Below, piece by piece: positions 1 through 12,679 of a DNA stretch of 64,000 bases. Each line of letters opens with the position of its first letter. Position 1 is the first letter of the stretch. The position numbers and the translations under genes were made by a program. Source of the DNA: Octopus vulgaris (Eukaryota); assembly GCA_951406725.2 (NCBI GenBank), contig OX597819.1, positions 17,050,001 through 17,114,000 of the forward strand, given 5' to 3'. The notes beneath the pieces were generated by a model. It made no database searches. It was given only the letters and a program-made list of their open reading frames with translations, and was not told the origin of the DNA.

Positions 1-283
1 CTGCGGCGCAAGTTGACCAAAATTGAGAGTATGGTAGAAGAAGGGTTGCTCTTCCTTCCGTAGAACATAAAATTCAAATCGGACCATGTTAACACCAAAA
101 ATTATTTACATCAAAAAGATGCTTTTTTCTATGAAAATCCCTATTTTTTACGATTTTTTCACTGCTGTGTCGCCACTTTTCGGTGTATTTCGACCAGAAA
201 AATGTTCACAAAATTTTTACTTTTCAAAATTACAATTCCAGCGGGTCGAAACAAACCCGAGCAACGCCGGGCGATACTGCTAG
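1..283 (+). mobile_element. 3' end of a non-autonomous Helitron-like element (runs off the window start)
   Basis: GC-rich hairpin CCCGAGCAACGCCGGG (256-271), then CTAG (280-283) followed by T. This is the canonical Helitron hairpin + CTRR|T terminus. Confidence 0.65.
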
Positions 284-912
284 TTCACAAATACAAAGTA
301 CAACATATATTATACACAATCACCATCAACGATACATAAAAATATCTGTTATCATAATCATCAGCAAAATACATCTGTTATTATAAACAATCATTACTAC
401 CAACCTATAAAACCCACACTTCACACAATCACTGCCCGATATGATGACTTAATTCACACAACACACACGAAACATAATTATGTTCCCATATTCACAAGAG
501 ACAATATTACAAGTATTTCTGTAAGACGGAGATGCGCTTGTTGGTGCAGTAGAAGTTTGGTGAAAACTGTACAACTGTGGAGCGTCGATAATTAGGAGTT
601 TTACTGCACATTTCAAAGAAACATACAGACACTTACAGTATATATATATATATATATACATACTCGCTACAACATATGTCCACACACTCAAAAAGTTCCT
701 GTAGACAAACATACTACACACAGAAATGTAAATAGTTGTTTGACGTTCGTATCGAAAAACACATTGGCACACACATATGAAATATGTATGTTTTGCGCGT
801 TGCGTATATGTGCGTGCGTGGATATGGACACGTGTTTGCATGCATGTGTGTGTGTGTATACATGCATGATTGTGTGTGTTATGGTGTTTTATATATACAT
901 GTTAGTGTGTAT

Positions 913-1225
913 ATCATCATTGTTTCATGACCTTTTTTCCATGCTGGCACGGGTTAGCCGTCGAGCAAGAGGAATGCGTCAAGCCCCAATGTCTGCTATA
1001 ACATAGTTTCTACGGTTGCTTTTCCCAACACCAACCACTTTACAGAATGCGGTGGGTGCTTTTTCCAAGGCACCGGTCCAAGTGAGTTCTCCAAGTAACT
1101 CGCAACTAAGTATGGAAGAGCAGTATTGAGGAAGGTGGTTTTTATGGCAGATGATGAAAGGGTGAAGCATGATAGAGCGACAAAAACAGGTGTCTTGCAA
1201 TAGAGGAGATATGTGGCTACCCCAG
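913..1225 (-). mobile_element. Degenerate SINE-like/RTE-associated interspersed repeat
   Basis: Begins with an (ATC)n tail and contains the decayed motif GTTTCTACGGTTGC..TTCCCAACACCAACCAC, the reverse complement of the GGTTGGCGTTAGGAAGGGCATCC-type SINE body. Recognised by eye. Confidence 0.45.
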
Positions 1226-1816
1226 TTGGAAAATGGGAGAAGATGGCTTTGAAGAGGTGTGAGGACATACTCTCAAGTTACATGAAGGCTAATATAAGAG
1301 AAGTGGTCCAGACGTACATATCTACGTATATAAAATATATAGTCATAGAAGCTGTAATTACACTCCAGGTATAACAATTACGTCTTTTAGACAGTGTCAT
1401 ATAGTATCGCTTGTATTTTGACCCAGTTTTTACTATGGACATTTTATAGTAAGTGTCGTGTCACCAATTATATTTGAAAGATTATTCAGCTCATGGCCAT
1501 GCACATAACTTCGTTAACAAGGCAGTAAAAGTATTGACACGTACCCCACAAGCCTCTCAGATACTTGAGATGCCCTAGATAAATGCACAGAGGTCTGAGA
1601 TTTGACATATACATAGTTAATTGTGATTACAATATAATGCTGGAGATATTTTATTGTTTTGATGGTTTCAATCATTAGACAACAATCATGGTGTATAGTT
1701 TTAGTCGATCATATGAAATACAGTATTTATTTTATCGATTTCTTGTCGATTGGCTTAGCATTTTGACGTGCTGTTTTACTTTTCGTTTTCTATAGACGCA
1801 GGAATGCCTGTGATCT

Positions 1817-2215
1817 TAAGAAACTCGCTTTACAAACTCGTAGTTTCGGGTTCAGTGCCTTCTACTATAGATCCGGGCTGACTAATGCCTTGCAAGTGAA
1901 GTTTCTAGACTGCGTGGAAACTGTACGGAAGCCTATCCGATATATGTGTGTATGTGTGTATGTTTTGTACGTATGTATGCGTGTATATCTTGTATGCATG
2001 TGTTTTGCATTTGTCCACCACACTGCCACTTGACAACCGATATTGTTTTGTTTACGTTCCCATAAATAGTGGTTGGGCGGATACATTTGGCAGAAAAAGT
2101 GCCAAACTAAAAAAAATATATATGGGGGACGATTTGTTCGACTAAACCCTTTAAAAATGGTGACCCAGCATGGCTGCCGTTCAATGATTGAAACAAATAA
2201 AAGGTAAAATAAAAA
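1817..2215 (+). mobile_element. tRNA-derived SINE, family A (internal microsatellite), degenerate
   Basis: Colinear with copies at 25360-25755, 42461-43193 and 51060-51365 (CTTCTACTATAG..GCCTTG..GGAAACTG..GAAGCC, TG/TA tract, CTTGACAACCG..GTTTACGT, GATTTGTTCGACTAAA..CCAGCATGGC..TGAAACAA). Confidence 0.75.
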
Positions 2216-2359
2216 TAATAATAAAGGAAGATATCTGTATACTAGCATACCTGTATCGTCAAAAATGCCGACAGCTTTATTAATGATAGAAAAGAGCACG
2301 TCAACCTAATGAAGAAAACCATTGATAAATGACAACAGTGATCGGAGAGATGGAAATGG

Positions 2360-2791
2360 TTCGCCATTATCACATCTCTCGAGCTTGCTGAATCTTCTCA
2401 TCAGTGGTAAAGGTTCACGGGCGTCCTGCTCTGTCTTCGTCCGTCACGCTTGTCTGGCCACTTTCAAACTTCACGATCCACTCATGCACATTCTAAGCAG
2501 TAGTGCACTGTCAGCGTATTGTGCTAAAATACTTCAATGAATTTCGGCACCTGACACACCTTTCGACCAGAGACATCGGATCACTACTCTTTGTTCTTCT
2601 ATGGTGCATATTGCTAGTCGAGCGGCCATGCTTGCACTGTAAAGCCAGAAAGAAAAATGAGGTGATCAGGCTCAAACTTCGGTCACATGACCGAAGCAAT
2701 ACCAACTATAAGCTCGCATGCACAGAAGGCATTGTGACAATAGCAAAGATATGTTATGGCGAAAGTGCGGATAATTTTTGACTTCACCTCG
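2360..2791 (-). mobile_element. 5' fragment of a mariner element (TIR plus N-terminal HTH of the transposase)
   Basis: Terminus CGAGGTGAAGTCAAAAATTATCCGCAC next to TA (2792-2793). The minus strand translates, with a stop and frameshift, to MAARLAICTIEEQRVVIRCLWSKGVSGAEIH*..QY..HEWIVKFESGQTSVTDEDRAGRP*TFTTDEKIQQAREM, a typical mariner N-terminus. Confidence 0.8.
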
Positions 2792-3234
2792 TATATACAC
2801 ACACAGAATTGAAAAACTTGAAGAATCAGATACGATTGTAATGTCTCGGTTGAAAATATACCCGTTAAGAGGGTGTTTGGTAGACTAAAACAAGGGACGC
2901 CCGTCAGGTGTGTATGTGTCAGTATATATATATATATATGTAATTGCATAGAGTACAGTTATACTTAAGGGCACAAAAGCTATTATGCCTATAAGCTGAA
3001 AGAACACGCCGAATACGTCCCACCACTTCAAATATTCACTGAATTATTTTAAAATTCATGAAATAATTCAGTTGTTTTATGAATTTTTTAGCTAGATTGC
3101 TTTTCTCGCTTTCAACCTGTGTAAATTCTATGCAATTATATATCTCTATAAATGTATTTTAACTAAAAGGACTTTATATGCCGGCCACTGATAAAATTCA
3201 TTAATTTTAATGATTTTATCCTCTGATTATGATA

Positions 3235-3254
3235 TGTATATATATGTATATATA

Positions 3255-3312
<58 letters not shown>

Positions 3313-3530
3313 TATATATATATATATGTATATATGTATATATATATATCTATGTATGCATATATATACACGCATATATATGCACATATAAATATGCATA
3401 TATATATGTATATATATATTTCTATATATGTATATGCACATATATATATATATATATGCACACACATATATATATATATATATGTGTGTGTGTGCGTGTG
3501 TGTGTTCTCTGTGTATGTTTGTATGTATGT
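3235..3530. repeat. (TA)n/(TG)n compound microsatellite
   Basis: Direct inspection. Confidence 0.95.
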
Positions 3531-4267
3531 GTTTGTCAGCCCCGTTTGTTGATAATCGGTGTCGTTTTGTTTACATCCCTACAGAAATTGCTCCCCACCG
3601 TAACAAAAATGAAAAACAAATATATCTAAATCTGTATCTTAAAATATAAAAGCTCTGTTTTTGTTTTTGCTGTTTTTGTTTTTTTATGCGAATATACCTT
3701 CACACAACCATTGGACATAGGGACCCTTTGACATCTTAGTCCTTAAACCGAAAAAGCAGCAACAACCTCGAACGTCATGCTCGGAAACATATAAGTCAAT
3801 TCAGAATCCGAACGTATACCCTTCTACAGCAGAAGGTATTCCATGTGTAACATGGAGGAATACCTTCGTCCTTTAACGACGTGCTTCGTTACTTATTGGA
3901 AATTAATTCCTCTTTGAGATATTTTGGCGACAATCATAATATCAACACGTTTTTGTAGTTGTTACTGTTAGTGTTATTGTTGATGTGGTTGTATTCTTTT
4001 TTTATTGTTGCTGCTGTTGTTGGTGATGCTGCTACTCTTTCTCTTGTCAGAGTTGTTGTTCCTGCTGCTGCTTCTTTAGCGGTTGACGTCGCTCTTGTTG
4101 TTGTTGTTTTTATTGTTATAATCGCCCTCATCTTTATTGTTCGTTGTTCCATGTTGTTCCTTCTAACCTAATACTTATTAATTTAGGTCACCAGTTCATA
4201 CTCTTAATAACAATCCGCTCCTGCAAAATTACATGTATGTATGTATGTGATTGTATATATGTGTGTG

Positions 4268-4327
<60 letters not shown>

Positions 4328-4539
4328 TCTGTGTGTGTCAGTGCGTGCGTACATGTATCAATATAATATACAGCTTAACCTGTAAATAAGGCAGATTAAT
4401 GTTGATCTACGGGGATTAATTTGGACACCGAGATGAAGAAAAATAACACCATATGAATTTTGTATTTATGCATGTATGTATGTATGTATCTATGTATGTA
4501 TGTATAAATAATATACTTGCGCGCAGGCACACAATCATA

Positions 4540-4549
4540 CACACACACG

Positions 4550-4648
<99 letters not shown>

Positions 4649-4650
4649 TA
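4540..4650. repeat. (CA)n then (TA)n microsatellite
   Basis: Direct inspection. Confidence 0.95.
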
Positions 4651-5344
4651 TATTTCAACAAAAAATGCCAGGAAAAGACAATGAAGCATAAGCTGGATTA
4701 AACCATCCTTCATACATAAATACATAGAAGTTTCCTTCGGTGATTCAAGGGTTTTAAGCCGTATTAAGCTGATCCTGTTCCTGTTAAACTTTAGCATTAT
4801 GTATGAAAGTTAACGAAGTGCTGTATGTTAGATAATTGCAATTACTGCAGTATTGCCAATGTGCACGTTGGGCATTTTGATAATTATTTTACTTAGCTTT
4901 CGGTTTTTAATTTTCTTATATTTCGTTTTATATTTCTCAATGGTTAAACACTGAAGATTTTTCATGAATGAAATATGAAGATAACATTGACTTCTTGAAC
5001 AATTGTTGCTAATCTTCATATGTGTTGAATAGCCTTAGGTAAGCTTCGACAGAGCAAACCTATGATCGAAACCGTCTCAGCCATGACCATCACACATTTC
5101 AAGAAGGCAGTTAGTACTGTGTTATCTAACGTATCATTCCCCTGTGAAGTTGATACTTTATCTGGCAGGACGAGAGAGTACCTAGTGAGTCCTACGTTAG
5201 CTCGTTGTTGACTGATGTAAATTGAATCTGTATTGTTGTGAACATCAACTCTCTTTTTCTCAGATGGATTCTATACGGAGAAATAGGCAGCAAATCTCTC
5301 TGAAACAATAACTTACCGTATTAAATAAGACTTCATATAATCTG

Positions 5345-5697
5345 AGCAACACCCGTCCATTTTCACTACCTGCTGCTCCTGGGACGGTCGTAGGAAAAGA
5401 GTTTGCATGCATCTCCCTCATAGGGTACTGTCAGAAGCAACCTTCATTAGAATTCCAGGCTGGATTCCCAGGCATGACCAACTTAGACTATGTATATCAT
5501 CCAGCCATCTCGTTCGTGGTCTCCCCTCGGGTCTCCTCTCTGTAGGCTCGGTTTGAAAAAAGCTGTCTTGCGGTCCATTCCTGCAACGTTCTAATCACAT
5601 GTCCGTAATTCCTGAGTCGTGATTTCTCAATGTGAAGGAACGGCTCAACCTCGAGAGACTTTCTGACCTCCCAGCTGTGATCTCTATCGACTAACAT
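5345..5697 (-). mobile_element. 3' end of an RTE-clade LINE (C-terminal region after the RT)
   Basis: ORF 5497-5697 DRDHSWEVRKSLEVEPFLHIEKSRLRNYGHVIR; after a frameshift RRPEGRPRTRWLDDI. Matches the RTE 'LRWxGHVxR...RPxGRPRxRW' signature. Confidence 0.85.
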
Positions 5698-6034
5698 TAT
5701 TCCATAGATTCTTCGTTGGAACTCCCTTTCGGCTGCTTCTATTTGCGATTGTACTCTTTCGGTTATTAAATAACATTCGCATTAGTGAAACATCACTGAG
5801 GCGAGTGGAGAAGTCTGTCCCGGGGCCGTATTGACGAGTGATGGGAAGCAGAAGGCTGAATTGAATGCTAAAATTGCAAGTGCTGGTATAGTATTGTGTC
5901 AGTTTCAGCATTCGATCCTCAGAAGAGGAGATGCTACAAAAGCCAACTTGTTATCTTAACAAAATGTTTAAAAATGAATAAATAAGTAATAAATAAATAA
6001 ATGAATAAGTATATAAAAAGTCAGTGACAGCAAA

Positions 6035-6103
6035 ACCGGAATGGTAATGATCGGAATGCTTTTGATCATAGGTCAGTTTGGCCAGAGCCGACGTGGGGTT
6101 AAA
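6035..6103 (-). repeat. Old short interspersed repeat (family E), inverted copy
   Basis: Reverse complement TTTAACCCCACGTCGGCTCTGGCCAAACTGACCTATGATCAAAAGCATTCCGATC resembles copies at ~5040, ~6228, ~21325 and ~46070. Confidence 0.5.
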
Positions 6104-6227
6104 TATCTCCAACAGTTTCTAGAGTATTGTCGAAGTCGTATTTTATGATGTTTGAGCCAGCTGTTTCAGTGATCAGTTACAGGTTTGTACATCTAAAATG
6201 GTTGACAGTGTGTATGGTTGTTGATTT

Positions 6228-6430
6228 TGTTTAACTCCAGGCCAGACCTCATCAGACGGATCAGTGATCAAAGATATGACAACTATGACCATCACACATT
6301 CTTCGTACGTGCAGGGAACCTAGAACCACATTATCAAATATATCCTTTACTAAGATGTTTCGCTGTGAATGGAGTAAGATTTGGTTCCTATTTCTCGCAA
6401 GCCAAGTGACCTCTGGTAGACTCCTTGGTC
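6228..6430 (+). repeat. Old short interspersed repeat (family E)
   Basis: TTAACTCCAGGCCAG..TGATCAAAG..TGACCATC..ACATTATC..GATTTGG..CTATTTCT blocks shared with 14335-14495 (minus) and 46070-46230. Confidence 0.5.
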
Positions 6431-6774
6431 GACTCTGTTTGGTTCATTGATGCGATTTATATGGTTGACTTTGTAGGTGGTGGCCATTTTATAGGTGACA
6501 GCTGTATGCCGGTGGTAAGAAGGGAGGATAATCATACAAGCACCATCACAACGAACACACACACGTGACTAAAAACAAAAATAAAAACGGACTTGAAATA
6601 AACATGTATAAAAGATATAAAAAGTAATATATTTAGTACTCATGGTGTGTGTGTGTATGTGTGTATGAGAGGAGAGGGAAGGAAATAGTGAGATATTTGA
6701 AAGCGACACAGATTCCAGAGAGATTCGACACAAACTTCGAAAGGAATTCTAACGAGTAAACAAATGATATAACA

Positions 6775-6776
6775 CG

Positions 6777-6850
<74 letters not shown>

Positions 6851-6977
6851 CACACACATACACACACGTACACATATACATATAGCTAATAGTGAGGGAT
6901 TATCAATTCAGGCAAAATACTTTATAAGCTCACCGTTGGCGCATCATGCTGACAATATTGTTCAGATTAAAGTTCAA

Positions 6978-7024
<47 letters not shown>
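6775..7024. repeat. (CA)n (6775-6880) and (TA)n (6980-7024) microsatellites
   Basis: Direct inspection. Confidence 0.9.
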
Positions 7025-7030
<6 letters not shown>

Positions 7031-7300
7031 TTTTATGAAACTTCGAAAGTCGTGAAATACATCACGTTTAACGGTAGAATGCTAACTTGATAAACTAATA
7101 AATAATAGCATGTAAATATTGGTATTGAAAAATTCCCCATTGGGTAGAAATAGACTGTAGTATTCGAAGCCACTTCTTTGGTAAATTTGACAGAAGTTCT
7201 TCTATTGTGCCAAAATAATCCTTTGAACTTCTTAATCTGTATTAGAAGCTTTATTCTTATCAGCAAAAATTATGCTTACTCCATCCATCCATCTATATTT

Positions 7301-7338
<38 letters not shown>

Positions 7339-8109
7339 CAAACAAGGTATTTATATCTGTATTGTCCAAGATCTAGTTGTATACCTATCAAAAATAAAAA
7401 TCAAAGCTGGATTTTCAGGAAACGCTTCTTTGGATACCGGTTAAGAGTGTTTACCTGCAGATTGTTCATCGCAAAGAAGAAAACTATCCATATACACTGA
7501 AATTCCTGGCCAAAATGGAAAACTGGAGCTGGATACACAGTAAGCACCTGAGCGAATACTGGCTAGCAGAGTCTACATGTGTAAGTGGTTTATCTTGAAT
7601 AAGTTATGTATCCTTACAAACTGAAAATGAAATGAAAACCATCTGTAGATGATCTATCTTGAAGACTATTTATAAATACACACACACGTGCGCATTTATA
7701 CATATGCTTATATATAATTCCTACGCATTGAGGTTGTGGTGGAGATATGTTGGGTATAGTTGTCCAGTTCAGGGGAGCTTATATGTAAAGCATTACGGGT
7801 ACCGAGAGGGAGAAGTATTAGTCGAGTGGATTTGTGTAGAGGGGGAAAGCAGCTAACTGGTTCTGTGGAGGGGTGTACGTCGTAGTAGAGGTGCAGTGAA
7901 GTACGTGAGAGGTTAGCGTGTTTGTGGGCCGGAAGTGTACTAACACACTCCAGCCCATTGTGAGTCAGCCGGACAACCTTCGTTTTGATGACATGTTGAA
8001 CATGTACTTTGATGAGTCACCTATCCCTCCAACTTATTATATAACACCGCCACTATCACCACCACCACCACCACCACCACTACCATCACTCCCCAGCTCA
8101 ACAATAATG

Positions 8110-8520
8110 ATACAAAGACAGAAGACTGAAGATTTATAGAGAAACGTATAAACCATAAATCAATAACAATTTGTTGCAAAGAAAATCTTAAAATCTTCAA
8201 TATGAAGAAAACACCTCCCAGGAGCAATTATGGAACTCCATAGATCAAGAAACACCCTACTCATCGGGAGTAACCCTTCCTCCTCCGTACTCCTCAACCT
8301 ACAAGCCTTCTCACTTGAGCCAATCCCTCCACATTCATCCGCTTTTCAATAAATTTATTAGGTGAGGAGCAGGGCAACACAAACATGTCAACCATCACCT
8401 TCCCTTTTCAATGAAATTTTAAAGAAAAACCGATCAAGCCTTGACCGAAGGGGAAAGCGTCTGTCTTGGGTTCTTTCACTCTTCTCCATTACATAATCAT
8501 TTCTTTTGAATAAACTATAA
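8110..8520 (-). mobile_element. Possible 3' end of an L1/Tx1-like LINE, highly decayed
   Basis: Minus frame KEMIM*WRRVKEPKTDAFPFGQGLIGFSLKFH*KGKVMV..PNKFIEKRMNV resembles Tx1 ORF2 C-termini (KxxxWxxR...FxxRW). Recognition by eye only. Confidence 0.35.
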
Positions 8521-10012
8521 GGGCCGAAAGAGTTGCGAAAGTTACAAAGAACCAATAAAGTGATGGAGGGTGGGGCTTTTGAAGATGTATGTGCAGAGAG
8601 GTTATGCAAAGTTGATTAAGAAGGGATGATAGACGTCATGCAACACATAAAAAAATTAAGCATAAAACAAAAATGTACGCCGAAATAAATAAAATAATGT
8701 TAATTATTGTGGTCAGACAAATTAAAATAAGATATAAAAATTAAAACTACCACTTTCGTTGATTAGAACACCCCACACTTTTGATTACTCTTCCACCGTG
8801 TACTCTTCTATATTATTTCCGTATTGCTCAAGGTTAGAGAGTCTAAGCTCTTCGGTGATGAGTTCCCATGTGCGATGGGCATATCTTCCGGATCTTTGAA
8901 GTATAATAATTGGTAAAGTCTCTCTGACATTTGGACTATTCTGTCATTGCTGTGTAAAATGCGATCTGAATGCTTTCTCGATTCATACTTCGAATATATT
9001 TTGTGTTTATTTGTGTAAAAGTTTCCTCTGAACTTTATTATTCTTTGTGAATGACTATATTTCATTTCGTTCTGGTTCGAAGTGGTTTCTCCTCGCAGGA
9101 CATTATTATCCTTCATAAGATTAAGATTCTTTTTTAGCAGAGAAAGCTACTTCTTCACAGAAAGTATGCCTCACCTCGCATTTTTATAACTTTTTTAAAA
9201 ATTGCTTTTTGCTTGTCCATTTTGTGTTTTACTTTTTGGGTGAAAAAAGTCTTGTTTTTCCTACCGGTCTTCATCCTCAGAAGTGAATAAGCTGGTACTG
9301 CAGTGAGATAGTACTTTGTCTTCCTCTACTGGCTGTTGTTACTGTGTTAACTCACTTTGTCTTTACTGCTTTCGGCAAGAAAAAGGACTTTTGGATTTCA
9401 TGGCTCTCTCCAGGTAATGAAAACAGGGCAATTTCCTTTGTCGACTGGTATCTCGTTAGGATCGATAACTTCCATGATTTATTATTGTTGCTTTGTCTTT
9501 TTTATGCTTTCTGTATAGAAAGCTTTTTGATTGGTTTTCGTAATGCATATGTAACAGTTGGGTCGTTTTACCTTGGTTGCAGGATTTTATGGTTTTTCTT
9601 TCCGCATCCTCTGTAGGGCATACTTCTGGTATTGCTTTCTGGTGTTGCAGATCATGGAGACTTGTATATCTATGATGACCCCCACCCGACTACATCCCGT
9701 CAAATGCCCCAGCAACATTGACCACCTGCCTAATTGTTTCGCGGAGCTGATTTCTTGCCAGAGGTTGACATCATATGCTTCAGACAGTAACCTTTGTTTT
9801 TCTCCTTCTTAAATACAAAGGAACCAGCTCATGGATAGATATGTCACTTACTATTTGGGCTTGTTATTTTGTTCCGTCGTATGCTTGACATATCACACGT
9901 AGTGTCATATGCCCTTCGTTTCCCAATGTAGGATATTTCAATAAAAATATCTTTCAGAGCTGGCTTCAGCTGTGATGTGATTGGAATAAGGAAATATGTT
10001 GTGTACTTAGCA

Positions 10013-10015
<3 letters not shown>

Positions 10016-10064
<49 letters not shown>

Positions 10065-10096
10065 CGAGAGAGAGAGAGCGAGAGAGAGAGAGCGAG

Positions 10097-10170
<74 letters not shown>
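10016..10170. repeat. (GA)n microsatellite
   Basis: Direct inspection. Confidence 0.97.
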
Positions 10171-10411
10171 GAGTTTTCTCTTCTATGGTTAACTGTTGAA
10201 TACTAGCGTCATTTCGATAAACAAAATGTTTCCAGGCCTTGGATCTTCCAGCAAAATCTTCTGTATTCAGGAATATTTTGTTTGAAAGGATATGAGAAAA
10301 ATAATCCCTTTCGCTATTCATGTTTGTACCAAAAGTGGGACTTGCATGCATATTGTTTTTGTAGTTGTAATTGTTGTCAAAAGTGATTTTTGTTTATCAT
10401 ACTGTAGTTTT

Positions 10412-10596
10412 AAGGCGGCGAGCTGACAGAAACGTTAACACGCCGGGCGAAATGCTTCGCGGTATTTCATCTGTTTTTACTTTCTGAGTTCAAATTCCGC
10501 CGAGGTCGACTTCGCCTTTCATCCCTTCGGAGTCGATAAATTAAGTACCAGTTGCATACTGGGATCGATATAATCGACTAACCCCTCTCCCAAAAT
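10412..10596 (+). mobile_element. tRNA-derived SINE, family B
   Basis: GGCGGCGAGCTG..GAAACGTTA..B-box-like GAGTTCAAATTCC..GTCGACTTCGCCTTTCATCCCTTCGGAGTCGATAAATTAAGTACCAG. Homologous copies at 11060-11628, 14512-14727, 38322-38532 and 45156-45306. Confidence 0.9.
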
Positions 10597-10759
10597 ACAA
10601 AAAAAAACAAAAACGATCCTATATTTTAACCCTTGCAGTATGGGGAGAAGACCAATAAAGGTCTCAGTGTAAAATCTCCCAAAATAAAAATTAATTTCTT
10701 CACTTATACTTGAAAAACTTTGAACTTTATCAAAATGAAACTTTTTAGTATCGGAACAA

Positions 10760-10876
10760 ATCATCATGATCATGATCATCATGATCATCATCATCATAAT
10801 CATCATCACCATCATTAGAGAAGAAGTAAAAGAAGTACAAAGTAATAAGAACGACAACAACAACAACAACAACAAC

Positions 10877-10941
<65 letters not shown>

Positions 10942-10946
10942 TGATA

Positions 10947-11043
<97 letters not shown>

Positions 11044-11056
11044 TAATAATAATAAT
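10760..11056. repeat. (ATC)n, (AAC)n and (AAT)n trinucleotide arrays
   Basis: Direct inspection. Confidence 0.95.
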
Positions 11057-11059
11057 GGT

Positions 11060-11628
11060 TTCAAATTTTTTCACAGGGGTAGCCATTTTGGGAAAGGGGA
11101 TGAGTCGATTACATTAACCCCATTGGTACTTGATTTATCGACCCCGAAAGGATGAAAGGCAAAGTCGACCTCGGCAGAATTTGAACTCAGAACATAGCGA
11201 CAGACGAAATACCTATTTCTTTACTACCCACAAGGGGCTAAACACAGTGGGAACAAACAAGGACCGACAAACGGATTAAGTCGATTATATCAACTCCAGT
11301 GCATAACTGGTACTTATTTAATCGACCCTGAAAGGATGAAAGGCAAAGTCGACTCGGCGGAATTTGAACTCAGAACATAGCGACAGACGAAATACCTATT
11401 TCTTTACTACCCACAAGGGGCTAAACACAGAGGGAACAAACAAGGACAGTCAAACGGATTACGTCGATTATATCGACCCCAGTGCGTAACTGGTACTTAT
11501 TTAATCGACCCTGAAAGGATGAAAGACAAAGTCGACCTCGGCGGAATTTGAACTCAGAACGTAAAGGCAGACGAAATACCGCTAAACATTTCGCCCGGCG
11601 TGCTAACGTTTCTGTCAGCTCGCCACCT
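11060..11628 (-). mobile_element. SINE family B head-to-tail trimer (183-bp period)
   Basis: Three CORE-like bodies. The same junction GACGAAATACC|TATTTCTTTACTACCCACAAGGGG occurs at 11214 and 11397; only the last unit has a full tRNA-like head. Confidence 0.9.
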
Positions 11629-11631
11629 TTT

Positions 11632-11656
11632 GATAATAATAATAATAATAATAATA

Positions 11657-11715
<59 letters not shown>

Positions 11716-11731
11716 AATGATAATAATAATG

Positions 11732-11771
<40 letters not shown>

Positions 11772-11810
11772 CGATAATAGTGATATTAATGATGATAGTA
11801 ATGATAATAG
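11632..11810. repeat. (AAT)n/(GAT)n array
   Basis: Direct inspection. Confidence 0.95.
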
Positions 11811-12267
11811 AAAAAGAAATTGGATCAAACACAGACAAATATTTAATTCATAATGAACTGGAGTGTATAAAACACACAAATCGAAGAAATGCTTAGGAAG
11901 GAATACAGCGACATTATTTTTATGAAATTCAGCAAAATGCAAAAATAGATAAGCAAAGATAAAATTTAAAAAAATGGTAATAGATATCAATAATACTCCA
12001 GCTGTTCCAGCAATAACTTGCAGTTATTGTATTCTCAACTGAACTCTAAATGAATTAGAAAGACGAAACAGAATAACTATATAAACACGGGGAAAATAAT
12101 GGTTTTATTATGAATACACTATCTAAAATCTGATTTCAGAAAGATTATTTTTATCAAAAATATTGTGATATACATATCTCCTCTGACTTAAAATTATTAT
12201 ATAATGGCTACTGTAGCACTACAAAAATATCTAGTAAAGAATATATATGCATATATATATATATATA

Positions 12268-12564
12268 TTGATAAAGAAAACGGATAGAACATGCTTTCTG
12301 TGTTATGTCCCAAGAAGATTTTATATATTTTTATATATTTTTATATATTTTTATGTATTTTTATATAATTTTTATGACGAAAAATGCGAGCGATGTATAA
12401 GTACGCAGGCAAAGCAGAGTTATAACAGAGTAATTTCCCTTCCTTTTTAACGGTATTTTTTCATAACGTTTTCAAATAGCCAGATAACCGAAGAGATGGT
12501 GTTGTGGATTTCCACTTCGGCATCTGAAACTCAGAGTTTTATCTTGACTACCGAGTAATGTAAC

Positions 12565-12570
<6 letters not shown>
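12268..12570 (+). mobile_element. Penelope-type pseudo-LTR fragment within (TA)n
   Basis: 12474-12570 is near-identical to the arms of the fold-back at 17530-17683 and contains a hammerhead-like motif. Confidence 0.55.
12482..12544 (+). ncRNA. Variant minimal type-I hammerhead-like motif
   Basis: AGATAA-CCGAAGA-GATG..CATC-T-GAAAC-TCAGA-GTT-TTATCT. Stem I AGATAA/TTATCT and stem II GATG/CATC pair; the core has CCGA instead of CUGA. Confidence 0.4.
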
Positions 12571-12632
<62 letters not shown>

Positions 12633-12679
12633 AACAAACGGAAAACAGACACAGGAGGTCATCAAATCCTCATCAGTGC

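Noticed and set aside
449-604. Minus-strand terminal coding exon (KLLIIDAPQ..CCVN*)
   Set aside because: The acceptor is weak and no protein is recognisable; phase compatibility with the 7455 donor has a one-in-three chance.
3832-3867. Hairpin GAAGGTATTCC..GGAATACCTTC as a terminator or miRNA
   Set aside because: An 11-bp stem is too short for a pre-miRNA, and intrinsic terminators do not apply in this eukaryotic context.
9100-9960. Possible Tx1 ORF1 relic on the minus strand
   Set aside because: Only vague resemblance (ISYIGKRR, LVPLYLRRR) with many stops; cannot be supported without a search.
11214-11580. 183-bp periodic repeat as a CRISPR-like array
   Set aside because: The whole units are homologous SINE bodies, there are no unique spacers, and the context is eukaryotic.
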